A DNA stretch of 62,900 bases from Octopus bimaculoides (Eukaryota). The stretch covers positions 72,169,515 through 72,232,414 of the forward strand of contig NC_068981.1 in the NCBI RefSeq assembly GCF_001194135.2. Direction: 5' to 3'. A program made the translations under genes and the position numbers. This document shows positions 1-12,399 of the stretch, one piece after another. The notes beneath the pieces are model-generated. The model was not told where the DNA came from. It ran no database searches and was given only the letters and a program-made list of their open reading frames with translations. Position 1 is the first letter of the stretch. Every line of letters starts with the position of its first letter.

Positions 1-193
1 GATCTCAAATTTTAAAGCAAACACATAATTTTCTTATGGTTTCTTAAACATTCACTTGAACAAAACTGTACAAATCCAAATATATGGTACCCTAGGCATA
101 ACACCTACATGAACTTCTAACTTGTTGTCTCTTGAGGTCTCTGGGTGAGACTTGGATCCAACTTGTACAAATGCAAAACAAAAGTCAAACATA

Positions 194-194
194 A

Positions 195-267
<73 letters not shown>
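194..267 (+). repeat. (TAA)n microsatellite, 5' flank of a Dong/R4 element
   Basis: Direct read of about 24 TAA units. Confidence 0.98.
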
Positions 268-1700
268 TTTTAAATGAACTCTTACGAGGCAACGACCACA
301 CCTAAGAGGCAGAAGCAATCATAAGGTTTGAACATCCCTTCTAGGAGACGGAAACTCCAAAACTTAAACCAGAATTACAGGAATCCTATGTTCTAGGGTG
401 GAGATCCTGTCAGTGATGGATCACAGGAAAAGATACTGACGGTTCTACAACCTAAAATTCACCAACCCACACCATGAATGGTGAAATGTCAAATAAAAAT
501 AGAAATGAGAACAGCGTGGATGAGGCTGGAACACCTTGTGAGCAGAGTGGGGCCAGTCGTCATCAAGCAACTGCTAAAAGAAGGTGGATGAAAGAAATGA
601 GTGTGGCTGTAATGGAGTGCTACTTTCATGTTAATCTGAGAAGGGATAGTGAAGTACTCGCTTGGGTATATAGGAAAAAAAAATGCTCAGGGAATGGAGC
701 GACAGAGGCTTATTTGAATTAAGTGAACAAAACTTGTGTGACCAAGCTAGAACGATCAGAAAGAATGAATGGTTATCTCCAGTTGAACTAGAAAGTATTG
801 AGACGGGTGCAAGAGAATGCAGATACTGAAACTATGGCAGTGGAGTTAAACGAGCATGAGGCTAAAATTATTGAGCAGGAAAGCGATGAGAGAACCGAGG
901 AACAAATATCCACTTAAATGAAATCATTGATATTTAGACCTCGGTGATCAGAGCTTTCATACGGGGTTTAAAAAATTAGACAGAAAGAAACTCAATGAAT
1001 GAGTCAGAAAGATAAATGATATCACTGGTGATGTCAGGACTGACAACATCACAGACACCAACAATCTGATAAATGCAATCTCGATTTTTATAGCCCGGAA
1101 GTTAGGTTTAAAAGCCAAAGGTAAATGTTAACATAACCTGAAGGAACCAGGATGGAAAAGGAGAATAGCATAGTCTATTAACGAGACCAGAAAGCATATT
1201 AATATTCTGGAACGGAAAAAGAGAAATGAAGTTCAGTGAGAGAAATGTTGAACTAGAGAGGAAGTTTGGGGTGAAGAGAAAGGGAATCAATGTTGCGATT
1301 GAGGAATTAAAACAGAGGTTGAAAGCTAAAACACATAAACTGAAGAGATATGAACAGAGAATTGAGCAGTACAGATTAAATAGACTTTTCGAACAAAATC
1401 AGACACGAGTCTATCGGGCACTGAAGTTAAAGATTCTTGTCAAATATATGGTCTCAGGAGAAATAACACGAAACTGAAGCAGTAGCTAAAGACACTCAAA
1501 GAGGAGAGTGGAGAGTATCAGCAGGAGTAATTGAGATTAACCGAGGAGATGATTGGTGATCAGTGCAGGAAAATTCCTAGCTGGAAAGCGCCTGGGCCAG
1601 ATGGGGTTCAGGGTTTTTGACTTAAAAACCTGACAGCTCTGCACAGGAGAATTGCGAGACAGCTGAACGAAATACTGAATAGTGACATTCAAGTACTGAC

Positions 1701-2405
1701 TTGGCTGACAAAAGGAAGAACGGTACTTTGTCTGAAGGGAATGCGGTTGGAAATTTCCGACCTATAACTTGTTTGCCACTGATGTGGAAACTGATGACGG
1801 GCATCATATCAAATAGCATCTATAAGTACCTAGATGAAAACGATCTACTACCAGTGGAACAAAAAGGGTGTAGACGTAAAGGCAGAGGAACGAAGTATCA
1901 TTTACTAATCGATAAGATTATCCTGGCTGATCGCAAGAAGAGACACAAAAATTTGGCGATGGCATGGGTGGACTACAGGAAAGCATATGACATGGTCCCA
2001 CACTCGTGGATTATTGAATGTCTTAAACTGCTTAAGGTCTCACACAATATTCTGAAGCTAATACAAAACTCAATGACAACGTGGCGAACTGAACTTACAG
2101 CATGGGGAAATAAGCTGGGAGGGGTAAATATCAAAAGAGGGATCTTTCAAGGGGACAGTCTGTCGCCTCTCCTATTTGTTGTCTGCATACTGTCACTAAC
2201 GAACATTTTAAGAAAGATGCGTGTGAGGTACATACTAGACCGGGTGAAAGTAAACAACCTGTGGTTTATGGATGACCTAAAGCTATTTGCTAAGACTGGG
2301 GAAGAAATTGAGAGTCTGACGGCAACTATGCAGATGATTAGCAAAGATATTGGCATGGAATTTGGGATCGAGAAATATGGTGTAACGATTCTCAAAAGGG
2401 GGTAA
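1701..2405 (+). pseudogene. Reverse transcriptase domain of the Dong/R4 element
   Basis: ORF track 234 aa carrying the RT core motifs; frame broken up- and downstream. Confidence 0.93.
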
Positions 2406-3074
2406 AATCCGTAAAAGCCATGGGATCAAGCTGGAAAGTGATGAAACTATAAAGGAAGTCGGAGAGGAAGGATATAAGTACTTGAGTATCATTGAAAGAG
2501 ATAAGATGAATGAACAAATGACGAAAGAAATGTACAGGAAAGAGTATTTGAGGAGAATTCGGCTTGTGCTTCAATCGAAGTTAAATGGCCGCTATAAGAT
2601 TAGAGCAATTAACACGTGGGAGGTTGCTTTGATGAGATATGGGGCAGGAATAGTATCTTGGAAGAAACATGAGTTACAAGAGATAGACTGGAGAACACGT
2701 AAATTAATGACAATGAACAAGGAACAACACCCCAAGAGTGATGTGTCAAGATTGTATGTAAAGAGGAAGGAGGGATGACGGGGATTAGTGTGTTTCGAAG
2801 ATTGTGTAAGGGAAGAGGAGAATAGCCTGGTTTGGTATGTTAAGGGGAGTAAAGAAAAAATGATTGAAGCAGTGAAAATGCAGAGAACCTTTAAAGTGAA
2901 CGAAGCTGTAGATCCAACACAATTTAAGAAAGACCAGAGAAAGCAGATGAAGAAAATTTGGCAGGGCAAGAAAATGCACAGTCAGTTCTTGAAGAATAAA
3001 GATGAGATTGGTTGGAATAGAACCTTGAAATGGCTGCAGAAAGGAAACTTAAAAGGGCCCACTGAGGCATTAGT

Positions 3075-3713
3075 GTGCAGCGCTCAAGAACAAGCTCAGA
3101 ACAAACTACTCCAAATATCACATTGATAAAAGCACTAACTCGCCACAGTGTAGGATGTGCTCTGAGAAGAAGTATAAGCAATATTGCTAGTGAGTGCTGT
3201 AAGCTCGCACAATGCCAATATAAAGGGAAACGCGACAATGTGGCCAGATATGTCCACTGGCTGTTGTGCGGTAAAGCAAACCTCGAGAGAGCCGAACAAT
3301 GGTATGAACACAAGCCAGAGAGAGCAATGGAAAACGAACATTACAAAATACTCTGGGATTTTAACATGCAGTGCGACCAAGTCACAGAGGTGAGAGGACC
3401 AGATATCGTGCTCATCCATAACAATGAAAAAGAAGTAAAGATAATAGATGCTGCAATACTAGGCGGTTGGAGGGTAAAATGTAAGGAAACAGAAAAGATT
3501 GAGAAATACCAGCCACTGCGGAACGAGATAGGAAAGTTATGGGGCATGAGGAAAGTAATGGTGATACCGGTGGTAATTGGAGCATTGGGAGCAGTTTCCA
3601 AGGGCTTTGCAAAACATATTAACAATATTGCAGCTGCTGTCAGGCTTGAGGTGATCCAGACGACAGCATTGTTTGGTACAGCTCGCATTCTAAAGAGAGT
3701 ATTGTCTCTTTGA
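3075..3713 (+). pseudogene. Zinc-knuckle plus RLE (PD-(D/E)xK) endonuclease domain of the Dong/R4 element
   Basis: VARYVHWLLC, WYEHKP, ILWDF, PDIV, IIDAAI, KIEKY, VPVVIGALG-like and TARIL motifs. Confidence 0.9.
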
Positions 3714-3819
3714 GTCACAGGAGAAGGCTCTACTTTGGTGATTTGTTGTTGCTTGCTTTCAAGTAAAGAATAACTGGTAATTAAGAACTATCCGAGAATC
3801 TTTCGTAGTAGTAATGGTG

Positions 3820-3820
<1 letters not shown>

Positions 3821-3907
<87 letters not shown>

Positions 3908-3913
3908 TAATAA
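3821..3913 (+). repeat. (TAA)n microsatellite between the Dong 3' end and a SINE tail
   Basis: Direct read. Confidence 0.98.
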
Positions 3914-4093
3914 TCGTTTCTACTATTGGCACAAGGCCTGAAATTTAGGACTAGTCCATTACATCGACTCAAGTGCGTAACTGGTATTTATTTTAACAGC
4001 CTCGAAAGGATGAAAGGCAAAGTCAATCTCGGTGGAATTTGAAGTCAGAACGTTAAGATCCGACGCGTTTACGATTCTGCCATCTCACCGCCT

Positions 4094-4094
<1 letters not shown>
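3914..4094 (-). mobile_element. tRNA-derived SINE, family A (internally shortened copy)
   Basis: Reverse strand reads AAGGCGGTGAGATGGCAGAATCG (A-box like), GACTTCAAATTCC (B-box like), CTTTCATCCTTTCGAGG central block and GCCTTGTGCC tail, shared with over 15 copies in the window. Confidence 0.88.
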
Positions 4095-4164
<70 letters not shown>

Positions 4165-4184
4165 ACAACAACAACAACAACAAC
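4095..4184 (+). repeat. Compound (CTA)n-(CAA)n microsatellite
   Basis: Direct read. Confidence 0.97.
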
Positions 4185-4680
4185 GACCCATTTAACCTCT
4201 GATGTCAGTTGCGCCATTATCATAAAAGTTAAACCAAAACAACTTTTCAAACATTTTTAGAATGCCCAGAAAAATTGCTACATACATGTAAAGGTGTGTT
4301 GAAATGATTCATTTTCGACCAGATATCGATATTTGGTCAATTTCTTCCCGATCTGAACTGCGTTGTTTTTAATATGAAAGTATTTGTCATGTCTGTCATG
4401 TCCATGCTTGTCACACACGTCACACCAAATCCATGAGAATTGTGACATTATTGCCCAGCAAATTCATTAGCATTTCTTTAAATTTCAAGGTCGATGTAAG
4501 TAAACTTTTTGCTGGTTTGGAGAAGTTCAGAAAAACTAGCAGTTAATGTCTTTCGGTGAAGAAAAAGTTATTTTGTGTGATGTCACACATATCAAACATT
4601 TGGGACCTTCTTCAAAAATTTCAACATACATTCCAGGTAAAAACTTTAAACAATACTGTGAAAAATGAATAAATACAAAT

Positions 4681-4731
4681 TTTGTAAATGTTCTACTTTT
4701 GTAAATGTTCTACTTTTGTAAATGTTCTACT
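4681..4731 (+). repeat. Three perfect tandem copies of the 17-mer TTTGTAAATGTTCTACT
   Basis: Direct read. Confidence 0.95.
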
Positions 4732-4776
4732 TCTGTGTACATCATTTGTTTTATTCTAATTTACTTTATCTCTTAG

Positions 4777-4808
4777 TCCGGAGGAACGGGCAGAACCAAC
4801 TTCAAAAG
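4777..4808 (+). CDS. Candidate 32-nt internal exon of an unidentified gene (PEERAEPTSK)
   Basis: CTAAT branch-like site, pyrimidine tract and TTAG acceptor; GC-richer than flanks; weak AG|GTCATT donor; phase matches the next candidate. Confidence 0.3.
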
Positions 4809-5575
4809 GTCATTGAAACTTGTGGTAGAAAGAGAGGGAGGTATTTTCAACCGGATACTTGGCGCGAATGCTTGCAACAAGGGCCAAATGCCTGATTAGC
4901 AACACAACCTGGTCCAAGTCTAAGTGGTCGCAGTTAAGTCTACTACCCGGATAGGTCCTATTTGGATTTGAAATCAAAATGCATAGCGCCGAATAACATT
5001 CCGTTCTACACTCCAATAATTCCTCTCGTCTACCGCCCAAAACTGTTATTTTATACAATTTCTTTATGAAGTGAGATAATCTACTGTAATGTGAGAATTG
5101 TTGAAACGATTGATATTAAATAACCGATAAAGAGAGAAACTAGAATGTTTTCCATCAACTTTTCAACAGATATCCACTTTCTGCTTTTCAGCTATTCAGG
5201 TTTCTTATAAGTGGAAGTGTAGAAAAACATTTTTCGCATGCAATGATGCTTTCCTTTTGAAATACATTGGAAAGAATAATTCTAAATATTAGGTTTGAAA
5301 AATGAAGCAAAGATTGTAATGGCAGCAGTGTTGATATTTTCATAACGTGTGATGTTAATGTAACGGCAAAAGTCCTGTCAAAATGAAATGGAATTCGGAC
5401 AACTGAATGTAAAAATTTTGTGAATTCCTGTAAATGCGTTTTTTCTATTATATTAAATATTAGTTCGAGGTAAAAGAGTTTCATTTCGCCACCAAAAGAA
5501 AGAGAGAGAGAGAAAAAAAGTACTTAATGAAAGAAAGAAATTGGGACAGATTACTACATTACTTTTGATTTGTAG

Positions 5576-5665
5576 ATAATGTTCGAGCAGACAATTTCAG
5601 CAGATTTTTTGCGTTGGAACCACCTCCGCCCAAACACGGGTTCAATACAGATATTTTGAGCAAAA
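5576..5665 (+). CDS. Candidate 90-nt symmetric (phase 1-1) exon (NVRADNFSRFFALEPPPPKHGFNTDILSK)
   Basis: TTGTAG acceptor, GTAACA donor, open frame, non-repetitive and GC-richer than flanks; protein not recognised. Confidence 0.4.
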
Positions 5666-6265
5666 GTAACAAACAAATACGTCTGTGCTATCGCCTCTAG
5701 AAAACTAGCTTTCTTTCTTTCTCTTTTTCGGTCTTACTCGAGTCAAAAACTAAAATAAGTAGTATTCTGATTTCGTAAGAGAGATTATATCAGTTGTCTT
5801 CCTCAAGCTACTAATACTACACAACACATTTATGCACTATAGTTGGATGTAACTTCTGACGTATATATTCGTGCTAGCATCAATTAAATATGGCTCGGTG
5901 ACGTACAACAAAACTATCTGAATGAGAATATATCTGATCGAACCAGCTGCTCTTAAATATATCTCTCTAATCTCCCTGCTGACATTTTAATCGATATTTT
6001 GATTCTTGTTCTTCACTACCGAAAAAATCCTTTACAGCAACAGTGTATCAGTTCGATTTCAGAGGACACCTATACGTTATCTTTTCAATCTATTTTACAA
6101 CTTGTTTCACACTTCGTATTATGCTGCTATTATACTCATTAATAATATGGAGTACTGTACAATCTACATGGTTTTCTTTAGTTTACAGTTGTCGCTGAAA
6201 TCGTTATAGAAACTAATATAAAGATAGCTATAATGAAAACACATTAGAATTAGAAATTGTGCTTT

Positions 6266-6375
6266 ACACACACACACACATATATATATATGTGTGTGTG
6301 TATGTGTGTGTGTGTGTGTGTGTGTGCGTGTGCGTGCGTGTGCGTGTGCGTGTGCGTGCGTGTATTTGTATGTAT
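6266..6375 (+). repeat. Compound (CA)n/(TA)n/(TG)n/(TGCG)n microsatellite
   Basis: Direct read. Confidence 0.95.
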
Positions 6376-7620
6376 GTACATCGTTTCCGATGTGTCATCT
6401 TGCAGTCTCTCGTACACATCTGCTGTGTTGGCGTTGATAGCGATTAACTGAAATACGTAAACATTTACGTAAGAACTTCCCAAGCTTATTATCGTTTTAA
6501 CCGATGAAAGAAGGTAGGATTTGAACTCAGAATCCAGGGTACCAGAATACATACCACGCGTCATAACCAACTTTTTTATATATTTAAATGCTTTTTGCAA
6601 TAAAGGAACACTTTATTCAAATGGCTCTGAGGAAGCTGTAAGATGTTGTACTGGCACTTAATACTGGGTGCATGGTTTCTTATAAAAGAAACTACTGTAA
6701 GCTAATGAAAGTGATTACAAAACTTTGCTTTCTTTTTTGTAATTCATTTCATTTTTAATCAATAATACATTCTGTAACGTCCTGCTGGTTTGGTGTAAAT
6801 TATAAGTATTGCAAGTTCTAACAACTGGTTATGAGTATCACAATGGCCAAGACTAATGGATTTCATTTTGTGTGTGTGAAAAGGTTTAACGAAAGCACTC
6901 ACACACTAGAAAAAAACGTCTTCTCTAAAAAGGCTAGTAACATCCTCATAAAATATTCATAACATTTTTTGAAACATAAATTTTAAAAATCACCTTTACA
7001 CTTCAAAAACTGTATTAAATAATCTTCATGGACTTTCATATATATATATATANNNNNNNNNNNNNNNNNNNNNNNNNNNNNNNNNNNNNNNNNNNNNNNN
7101 NNNNNNNNNNNNNNNNNNNNNNNNNNNNNNNNNNNNNNNNNNNNNNNNNNNNNNNNNNNNNNNNNNNNNNNNNNNNNNNNNNNNNNNNNNNNNNNNNNNN
7201 NNNNNNNNNNNNNNNNNNNNNNNNNNNNNNNNNNNNNNNNNNNNNNNNNNNNNNNNNNNNNNNNNNNNNNNNNNNNNNNNNNNNNNNNNNNNNNNNNNNN
7301 NNNNNNNNNNNNNNNNNNNNNNNNNNNNNNNNNNNNNNNNNNNNNNNNNNNNNNNNNNNNNNNNNNNNNNNNNNNNNNNNNNNNNNNNNNNNNNNNNNNN
7401 NNNNNNNNNNNNNNNNNNNNNNNNNNNNNNNNNNNNNNNNNNNNNNNNNNNNNNNNNNNNNNNNNNNNNNNNNNNNNNNNNNNNNNNNNNNNNNNNNNNN
7501 NNNNNNNNNNNNNNNNNNNNNNNNNNNNNNNNNNNNNNNNNNNNNNNNNNNNNNNNNNNNNNNNNNNNNNNNNNNNNNNNNNNNNNNNNNNNNNNNNNNN
7601 NNNNNNNNNNNNNNNNNNNN

Positions 7621-7653
<33 letters not shown>

Positions 7654-9496
7654 TTGGCAATTTTGGCCACTACTCGAATTTCACGTTATGCGATCGTTCA
7701 GCTGAATATATTTTCATGTACAATCTTTAAGATGTTCCTTTGTTCTTGCAGAAGTGTTGCATAATAAATTCCTTTTTTTAATTTTTTAACAATTATTATT
7801 TGACAGAGAATTGACGTGATCTATTGTTGCATTTGGTTCCGTGTGTAGCTGTATCTAATTTTTGCATTATTCATATTGAAAAAAGAAAACATAATACGTA
7901 TGGTTGGGTGGGAAATGCTTAATGATTAACACAAATAAATTTTCACATATTGGTTGGTACAGTTAGGCTGAAGACCAGGTTCAAATTAAAGTCTTTTTAG
8001 CTGCTATTTCTGAAGTTTTGATTCATTTGCTTAAAGTTAGGCATGAACACTAACGAAACACCGTTATAAAAAGTGGAGTCGGATTGAGTATTATTTTGAG
8101 AGGATAAATTACTTATGCTGGAGAGTTGTACTTTGTTGAGTTGGGTGAATTCACGTCACCCAAAGTTTATAGAGCATGAAATACGGTCAGCGGCGAAAGC
8201 CTCAGTTCAAACAACTGTATGAATAAACTCTACGCCATCAATTGAGTATTGTCTTCCATTTTCATTTACTAATCTAAAATTCTTTTGTGTGTGTGTGTGT
8301 TGGGGGGGGGGGTGTATATTTATAATTATATGTATATGTGTGTGTACATATACATTTAAACATCTGTATATACACACGAGTGAATATATATGTAAGTGTA
8401 TATACACACACACGCATAAGGTACTTATGTATACACTCACACATTCACACACTCACACACTCACACAAATACGCTTTGGATTTAACAAACAAGAAAAAGA
8501 GTACTCAATGATAGTGATAGATTATTTTCTTATGAAACTAGTTATTCCCTTAATTACTTCTCTCGCTGGATATAATGTTTCAGGCGATAACAGAAATGAG
8601 TAGCAAATAAGGCTTCACACGAAATCATCATAGGATGGCCCGTGAGTTATTTTCTTTAGATATATCATGTCATATGGTTTGATTATGATATAACTTAGTG
8701 TAAGTTGGAATAGAAACAAATGAGTGGATGTTGGTTCATGTTGTCTATAGGGGAATGAATTATAGTAGATCTCATTTGCCATTCATACTCGTTGTTGTTT
8801 AAAAAAATGTTTTCAGAACGCATTTTCTTGTGAAATTTTCAAAATTAAAAATTCGCTATCATTAAATATATCACACTGAGATTGAAAAAGGAAGACCTTT
8901 AAAATAGGAAGCTGTTATATGCTAGCAATTCCAATTAAACATTTTCTTTTGCTTCCTGAAAGTCAAGTGGCTGATATTAACATCAACGACTTAAGACATC
9001 ATTGTTAAAATGAGAACTGATTTCTATAATAAAGTGGATAATAATTTCATTAATGTTGAACAGACGAATGTATTTGAACATTAATATCGATTTCTAGAAC
9101 TGTCACGAATCCACATATATTAGGGGGAAATACAGTCTGTTAAATTGACTCGGGTCTGTTATCGACCTTGTAAAATAGAATACAAAGTTGAGTGATATTA
9201 TAAATGGATAACCCGACTAAGGTATTTGTAGTAGTTAAACTATATATTAAAAAATATTAATCTTTCGCAACTACAATATAAAATAATGTTAATCTTAGCT
9301 GAACGGATCTTAAATTAAATGGCTACTTACGAGAAGAATAAAGTGTGCTAAAATATCTAGATACCTTTACAGAAAGTAATGGGTCTTAGAAGAGGAATTA
9401 AATGAAGGATTACAGACGGCTACTCAAATCAGAAAAATGCTTTCGAGTGTACAGAAAGCATAAAGACTGAAATAATAATATCTTATTTTTGGTTAT

Positions 9497-9710
9497 TTCT
9501 TTTCACTATGGGCACAAGGTGAGAAATTTTGGAAGAAGGCTAGTCGACTTCCTTGATCCTAGTGTTAAACTGGTACTTATTTTATCGACCCCACAAAAAT
9601 GAAATGTAAAGTGGACAGCGGCAGAATTTGAACTCAGAACGTAGAGTCAGAAAAAAAAAAAATTACCGTTATATATTTTTGTCCGGTGATCCTGCCACGT
9701 CACCGTTTTA
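9497..9710 (-). mobile_element. SINE family A, decayed copy
   Basis: GGCACAAGG tail, GGTACTTATTTTATCGACCCC central block, GAATTTGAACTCAGAACGTA B-box region. Confidence 0.85.
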
Positions 9711-10111
9711 TCTCACTTTTAACAATAATCTCATTTGAAACTGGTAAAGAAATAAATAATTCATAACTAAATGATGGCTTTTCTTAAACAGAGCACCTCA
9801 ATAATTACTTCATATATGACTGTATTGTTATTTTATACAAAAAGCTTCTACAAGTTCTCACCAGTCTAGTCTTTACTACGCGGCACTCAGTCGTGATCTA
9901 TTCATAACTTGTGTATTCTTCTCAGTTAAGCAGGTTATAAAGCTCTTTTCCCAGTACACTGGAATGCAAATGGCAGCAATTAACATAACAGAACAGCTAG
10001 TTTCAGGCTGGAAGTGAAGTATACGGGTAAACTGTCACTATCTACTTCTCTATATAAGCAATGTTAAATCTCTGAACGAGGTATTAACAGTAACTGCACG
10101 ATAAAGTGAAG

Positions 10112-10358
10112 TATATTTGCCACTTAAATGTGGCTGACCCCGAGGGGTGGATGTTACTGTTGCTTTTAGCCCCAGGAGGACATCTCCTCCAGCTGGCTAT
10201 CGACACACTTCTGTGTCCTGTCTGTATTTGCCAAGGGAGGTTATCCTTCCCATCTTGATCTACGATACGTACGTACTCGAGTTTCAGGGTTATTTCCCTT
10301 CTTCAGCGTACGACAATCGCCGAACTTCGATGCAAAAAGGCATCCCTTGGCAAATATA
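10112..10358. repeat. Unclassified short structured repeat with a 14-bp inverted repeat (MITE-like)
   Basis: TATTTGCCAAGGGA (10225-10238) is the exact reverse complement of TCCCTTGGCAAATA (10343-10356); several small hairpins upstream. Confidence 0.4.
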
Positions 10359-11591
10359 TATAANNNNNNNNNNNNNNNNNNNNNNNNNNNNNNNNNNNNN
10401 NNNNNNNNNNNNNNNNNNNNNNNNNNNNNNNNNNNNNNNNNNNNNNNNNNNNNNNNNNNNNNNNNNNNNNNNNNNNNNNNNNNNNNNNNNNNNNNNNNNN
10501 NNNNNNNNNNNNNNNNNNNNNNNNNNNNNNNNNNNNNNNNNNNNNNNNNNNNNNNNNNNNNNNNNNNNNNNNNNNNNNNNNNNNNNNNNNNNNNNNNNNN
10601 NNNNNNNNNNNNNNNNNNNNNNNNNNNNNNNNNNNNNNNNNNNNNNNNNNNNNNNNNNNNNNNNNNNNNNNNNNNNNNNNNNNNNNNNNNNNNNNNNNNN
10701 NNNNNNNNNNNNNNNNNNNNNNNNNNNNNNNNNNNNNNNNNNNNNNNNNNNNNNNNNNNNNNNNNNNNNNNNNNNNNNNNNNNNNNNNNNNNNNNNNNNN
10801 NNNNNNNNNNNNNNNNNNNNNNNNNNNNNNNNNNNNNNNNNNNNNNNNNNNNNNNNNNNNNNNNNNNNNNNNNNNNNNNNNNNNNNNNNNNNNNNNNNNN
10901 NNNNNNNNNNNNNNNNNNNNNNNNNNNNNNNNNNNNNNNNNNNNNNNNATTACTTATATTATTATTTGATTGAACGCCACGCATCCATTTCCGAATAGGT
11001 TTATCTTTATCTTTTTGATGCGACTCTACTCTATACTGTTTTTTCCCATATCGTTTTCTCTCTCATTCTTTCTGTAATTCCTTTTTTCTTCCCTTCACCG
11101 TTTTATATCTGTCTCTCTCCCCCTCTTTCTCTTATTATCTCTCCCGTTGCTCATACGCGACCATCGTCCATCTTTCTTTTCCTCACGTAATCATCTTTCT
11201 TTTCTTTCAGGACTGTCTTAAGGACTGGACGTATCCTATATCTCTCTCTCCTATTAAAGAAAATATTTCTCCAGCGTTCGCTATTTTACCCTCGTTCTGG
11301 TTTAATGACCCTCCATGTTCGTTTTCGTTCGGTTTCGTTGTATGGCTTCACTGTCCTGTTTTTGCTCCCAACTTTGACTCTCCATAAATCCCAAATTTTA
11401 TTTTGGTACTTATGGGAGCAACTGTCTTCGAAGACTCATATTGTCGTTCAATGCTCCAGATAAGGAGTAGTTAGACAGCCGACAATTGATGAAAGTTCGT
11501 TCTTTATGTTACTTGTCTTATTTCCCATTTGTTGCTCTCGTTGTTTGCGTATTGAACTGATTTGTCTTCGATATGTACCGATATATGCATG

Positions 11592-11624
<33 letters not shown>

Positions 11625-12399
11625 NNNNNNNNNNNNNNNNNNNNNNNNNNNNNNNNNNNNNNNNNNNNNNNNNNNNNNNNNNNNNNNNNNNNNNNNNNNN
11701 NNNNNNNNNNNNNNNNNNNNNNNNNNNNNNNNNNNNNNNNNNNNNNNNNNNNNNNNNNNNNNNNNNNNNNNNNNNNNNNNNNNNNNNNNNNNNNNNNNNN
11801 NNNNNNNNNNNNNNNNNNNNNNNNNNNNNNNNNNNNNNNNNNNNNNNNNNNNNNNNNNNNNNNNNNNNNNNNNNNNNNNNNNNNNNNNNNNNNNNNNNNN
11901 NNNNNNNNNNNNNNNNNNNNNNNNNNNNNNNNNNNNNNNNNNNNNNNNNNNNNNNNNNNNNNNNNNNNNNNNNNNNNNNNNNNNNNNNNNNNNNNNNNNN
12001 NNNNNNNNNNNNNNNNNNNNNNNNNNNNNNNNNNNNNNNNNNNNNNNNNNNNNNNNNNNNNNNNNNNNNNNNNNNNNNNNNNNNNNNNNNNNNNNNNNNN
12101 NNNNNNNNNNNNNNNNNNNNNNNNNNNNNNNNNNNNNNNNNNNNNNNNNNNNNNNNNNNNNNNNNNNNNNNNNNNNNNNNNNNNNNNNNNNNNNNNNNNN
12201 NNNNNNNNNNNNNNNNNNNNNNNNNNNNNNNNNNNNNNNNNNNNNNNNNNNNNNNNNNNNNNNNNNNNNNNNNNNNNNNNNNNNNNNNNNNNNNNNNNNN
12301 NNNNNNNNNNNNNNNNNNNNNNNNNNNNNTATATATATATATATCTGTATATATACATATATATGTACATAGTATTATGGGTATAACATAAATAAAATA

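Larger units (their letters stand above)
268..3820 (+). mobile_element. Near full-length, inactivated R4/Dong-clade non-LTR retrotransposon (RT plus restriction-like endonuclease)
   Basis: R4-type N-terminus (RRWMKEMSVAVMECYF), RT motifs [43 protein letters not shown]; C-terminal CxxC/RLE region (KRDNVA, PDIV, KIEKY, TARILKRVLSL*); several stops and frameshifts; TAA arrays on both sides. Confidence 0.92.

Noticed and set aside
52-318. Poly-Tyr, poly-Ser, poly-Val, poly-Asn, CV and HT repeat ORFs here and elsewhere
   Set aside because: Translations of microsatellites
4195-4680. Possible piggyBac/hAT MITE starting at TTAACCTC
   Set aside because: No matching inverted terminus found
11030-11580. 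Possible Penelope-like terminal repeat
   Set aside because: Looks like an interspersed repeat, but I could not verify any diagnostic motif
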